From the NCBI RefSeq assembly GCF_009914755.1, contig NC_060927.1: DNA of 64,000 nt; one strand, written 5' to 3'. This stretch comes from the human T2T-CHM13v2.0 reference genome, Homo sapiens. The notes beneath the pieces were generated by a model. It was given only the letters and a program-made list of their open reading frames with translations, ran no database searches and was not told the DNA's origin. Position numbers and translations under genes: made by a program. Shown in pieces: positions 61,593 to 64,000 of the stretch (positions are counted from its first letter, which is position 1; each line of letters starts with the position of its first letter).

Positions 61593-62214
61593 CCGGCTGG
61601 TGCGTGCGGCCTGCGCAGCCCAGGCCTTGGCTGCAGACTCCCCTCTCCAGTCTGCGGTTCAAGCTCTGGCGCCTTCCCTTAACTGGATTCCTCGCCTGCA
61701 TGCACAAGAGAGTCCCTGCAAAGCAAGGCAAACGATCTCCACCCTCCCCCCAGGGTGACAGGACTCTTCGGCTCCTACCCCTTTAAATCTGGGCCACAAT
61801 ACAACACAGAAGAGAAACAGGCATATATTAAGTGCCTGCAGTATGCGGGCCCTGCACCGCTGCTTTCCCACCAGGACCAGCAGAGCGCTAGGACATCAGG
61901 AGCCTGTGCCTCGGGCTGTAGCGCACCCCGTGCTATCGCCAGCCACACATCCCCTTGCAATTCCATCCTTGACTCCTAAGCCAGACAAGCCCCTCTGGCC
62001 CAGTTCCTACACCCAAATGCCCAAACTAGCTCTGCCTGTTGTCCTTTCCCCCCTGCCCAGGCCACAGGCCTTTTTCTGAGTACCTTTAGAGTCATTTCTG
62101 GAGGTCAGTTTGAATAGGTGGCATTTGAGGAAAATTACCAATGATGCAAGAGCAAAAAAGAAAAATATCAGTGGAAAAGAGGTCAAAAGACAGTCTCTGA
62201 AAAGAGAGGCAAAA

Positions 62215-62420
62215 TTACAGTGAACATTTATTGAGCACTTACTATGTGCTAGAGGCTCTGCTAAGTGGTTTTTGTTTTCAACTCTTCATAGAAAACCTCT
62301 AAGGTAGGTTTCATTTCATGGATGAGGAAACTGAGGCACAGAAAGATGGAGGGACTGGTGCCAGGTTATCTGACCAGGTGAGTCTGACACCAAAGTCATA
62401 CTCTTAACCACCACACTACA
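62215..62420 (-). mobile_element. MIR
   Basis: 'catttattgagcacttactatgtgc...gatgaggaaactgaggcacaga'. Confidence 0.75.
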
Positions 62421-63109
62421 CTTTGCCAGTCTGCCACTCTCCAGACCAGAGATTGGGCAAGTCACATGGGCTGGAAGTGTTTTCATCTTAAAATGGGGAG
62501 AACTCACACGGGTCCATGGGGAGACAGTTGCGGAAATGCTTATCACAGCATCCTTGATGGTGCTGAGGAGCTGGAAGCCACCTGGATGTCTTGTCACAGG
62601 GCAGGAGGAGCTGGGTGCACCCTATGAGATACTCAGCCTGAGTTAGAAGCAACAGACTCTGGGTACATTCAACAATGAAGGGAGACCCTAAAAATCCCCT
62701 GCTGAGTGAAAAAGTAAGGCACAGAAAGCGGCCTACAGCACTGTATCATTAGGGGAAATGTAAATCCATGCAAACTAACCAATCCATTCTTTACAGGAAC
62801 AGAACAAACTCAATGAAATGGTTGTGCTGTGGGAAAGGGAGGGTCCTCGGGGCAGAGGTGGGGATAAAACTGAATGAATACTGAGGCAAAATAGAGAAGA
62901 GCCCATGATGGAACCGCAAACAGGAACGGGATTAACTCAGCCCTTCAAAGCTGCTGTCAAAGAAGGGGCGGGAGGAACAAGCCCGGCCCATTTAGCCTCC
63001 TGTAGCACGGATGGTTTTCAAAGTTCTTCCAGGCCCCAGCTCTCCTTTGATCATCCTGGTATCCAGTGCAGGGGCAATGGGTTCCTAGGATCAAAGAGGC
63101 TGCTGTGTG

Positions 63110-63700
63110 AGCCAGTGCTTTGTAATCTACATCTACGGCTGAACTTGAGCGTGCATCCGAACAACTAGATGGCTTGTTAAAAATACAGATTCCTGGCCTC
63201 CATTCCTCCAGTTTCTGATTCAGTGGGTGTGAAGTGGGGCTCAACATTTGCATTTCTGCAAACTCCTGGTACTGCTGCTGCTGCTGCTCCCAATCCAGAG
63301 ACACTTTGAGAACCTCTGCTCTAAGGCACACTCTTTATGCCGAACAGACTGGCCAGAGCAGTGCTCCTCAAACTTTAAGGTGCATGCGAATCTTCTAGGC
63401 ATCCTGTTAAAATGCAGTCAAATTCAGCAGGTCAGGAGGGCAGCCTCAGATGCTCCATTTCTATCAAAGGCACTCCAAGGTGGCACCAGCACTGTTGGCC
63501 CACAGAGCACATTTTTCAACAGTGAGGAGTTACACCACGACTTCCCAAAAGTATGTGCACACCCAACCCCCCTATATTGCTTGTTAAAAAGACGTAGATG
63601 TTCAGACCCCCTCACTGGCAATGCTCCAGAGTTCTGAGTTGGAGCCCAGTAATCAGAATTTTTTTAAGCTGATGCTAGATAGTCTGGGGAACTACTGGTA
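63110..63700. mobile_element. Cluster of 3 MER5-family copies
   Basis: Three repeats of 'cagtg...cttgttaaaa...gattc' with 'tttgagaacctctg'-type ends. Confidence 0.7.
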
Positions 63701-64000
63701 GAGAAAGCGAGTGGAGAGCTGGTAGAGTTTGGGAAGTTTCCACGTAGGAAGCAATACTAGAGTCAGAAAATAGAAAAGAGAGCAGAGAGGAACAGGCTCC
63801 CTCATGGCCCCGGCAGTTTGTCCCTAAACATAAATGTCAACTCAGCGGTAGCTGGCTGTGTGCTACCTGCTTTTAACTTGCCTTTATGGTTCAGCCTGTG
63901 TTTCCCTGGTTTATGTACCCATAGCTGTGATTAAACAGTTGTGGACCTGTGGTTGAATCCTGGTACCACCTGTTACTGTGTGACCTTGTACAAGTCACTC

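Larger units (their letters stand above)
58758..64000 (+). other. GALNT15: GALNT15 intron 1 (5' part)
   Basis: Starts at GTAAGT donor; no GalNAc-T catalytic-domain sequence in any frame to the window end. Confidence 0.85.

Overview
Human (primate) genomic DNA. About 57.5 kb of repeat-rich intergenic sequence lies upstream of GALNT15 (polypeptide N-acetylgalactosaminyltransferase 15). The rest of the window holds its promoter/5'UTR, first coding exon (ATG 58219, GT donor at 58758, + strand) and the first ~5 kb of intron 1. This exon is the only host coding sequence I can support. Interspersed repeats include a full-length but dead L1PA4/5-type LINE-1 (41928-48048, - strand, 16-bp TSD), about 13 Alus/Alu monomers (including a consensus-like AluYd8), many MaLR/ERVL solo LTRs, a HERV-K(HML-5) LTR22, DNA transposon fossils and several simple repeats. 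Most notable observation: the L1 5'UTR faces GALNT15 and keeps an open, strong-Kozak ORF0. Its SD2 donor is in the same phase (2) as GALNT15 intron 1, so an in-frame ORF0-GALNT15 chimera lacking the Golgi anchor is possible (hypothesis, untested). Repeat subfamily names come from recalled consensus sequences and old-element boundaries are approximate; no searches were run.
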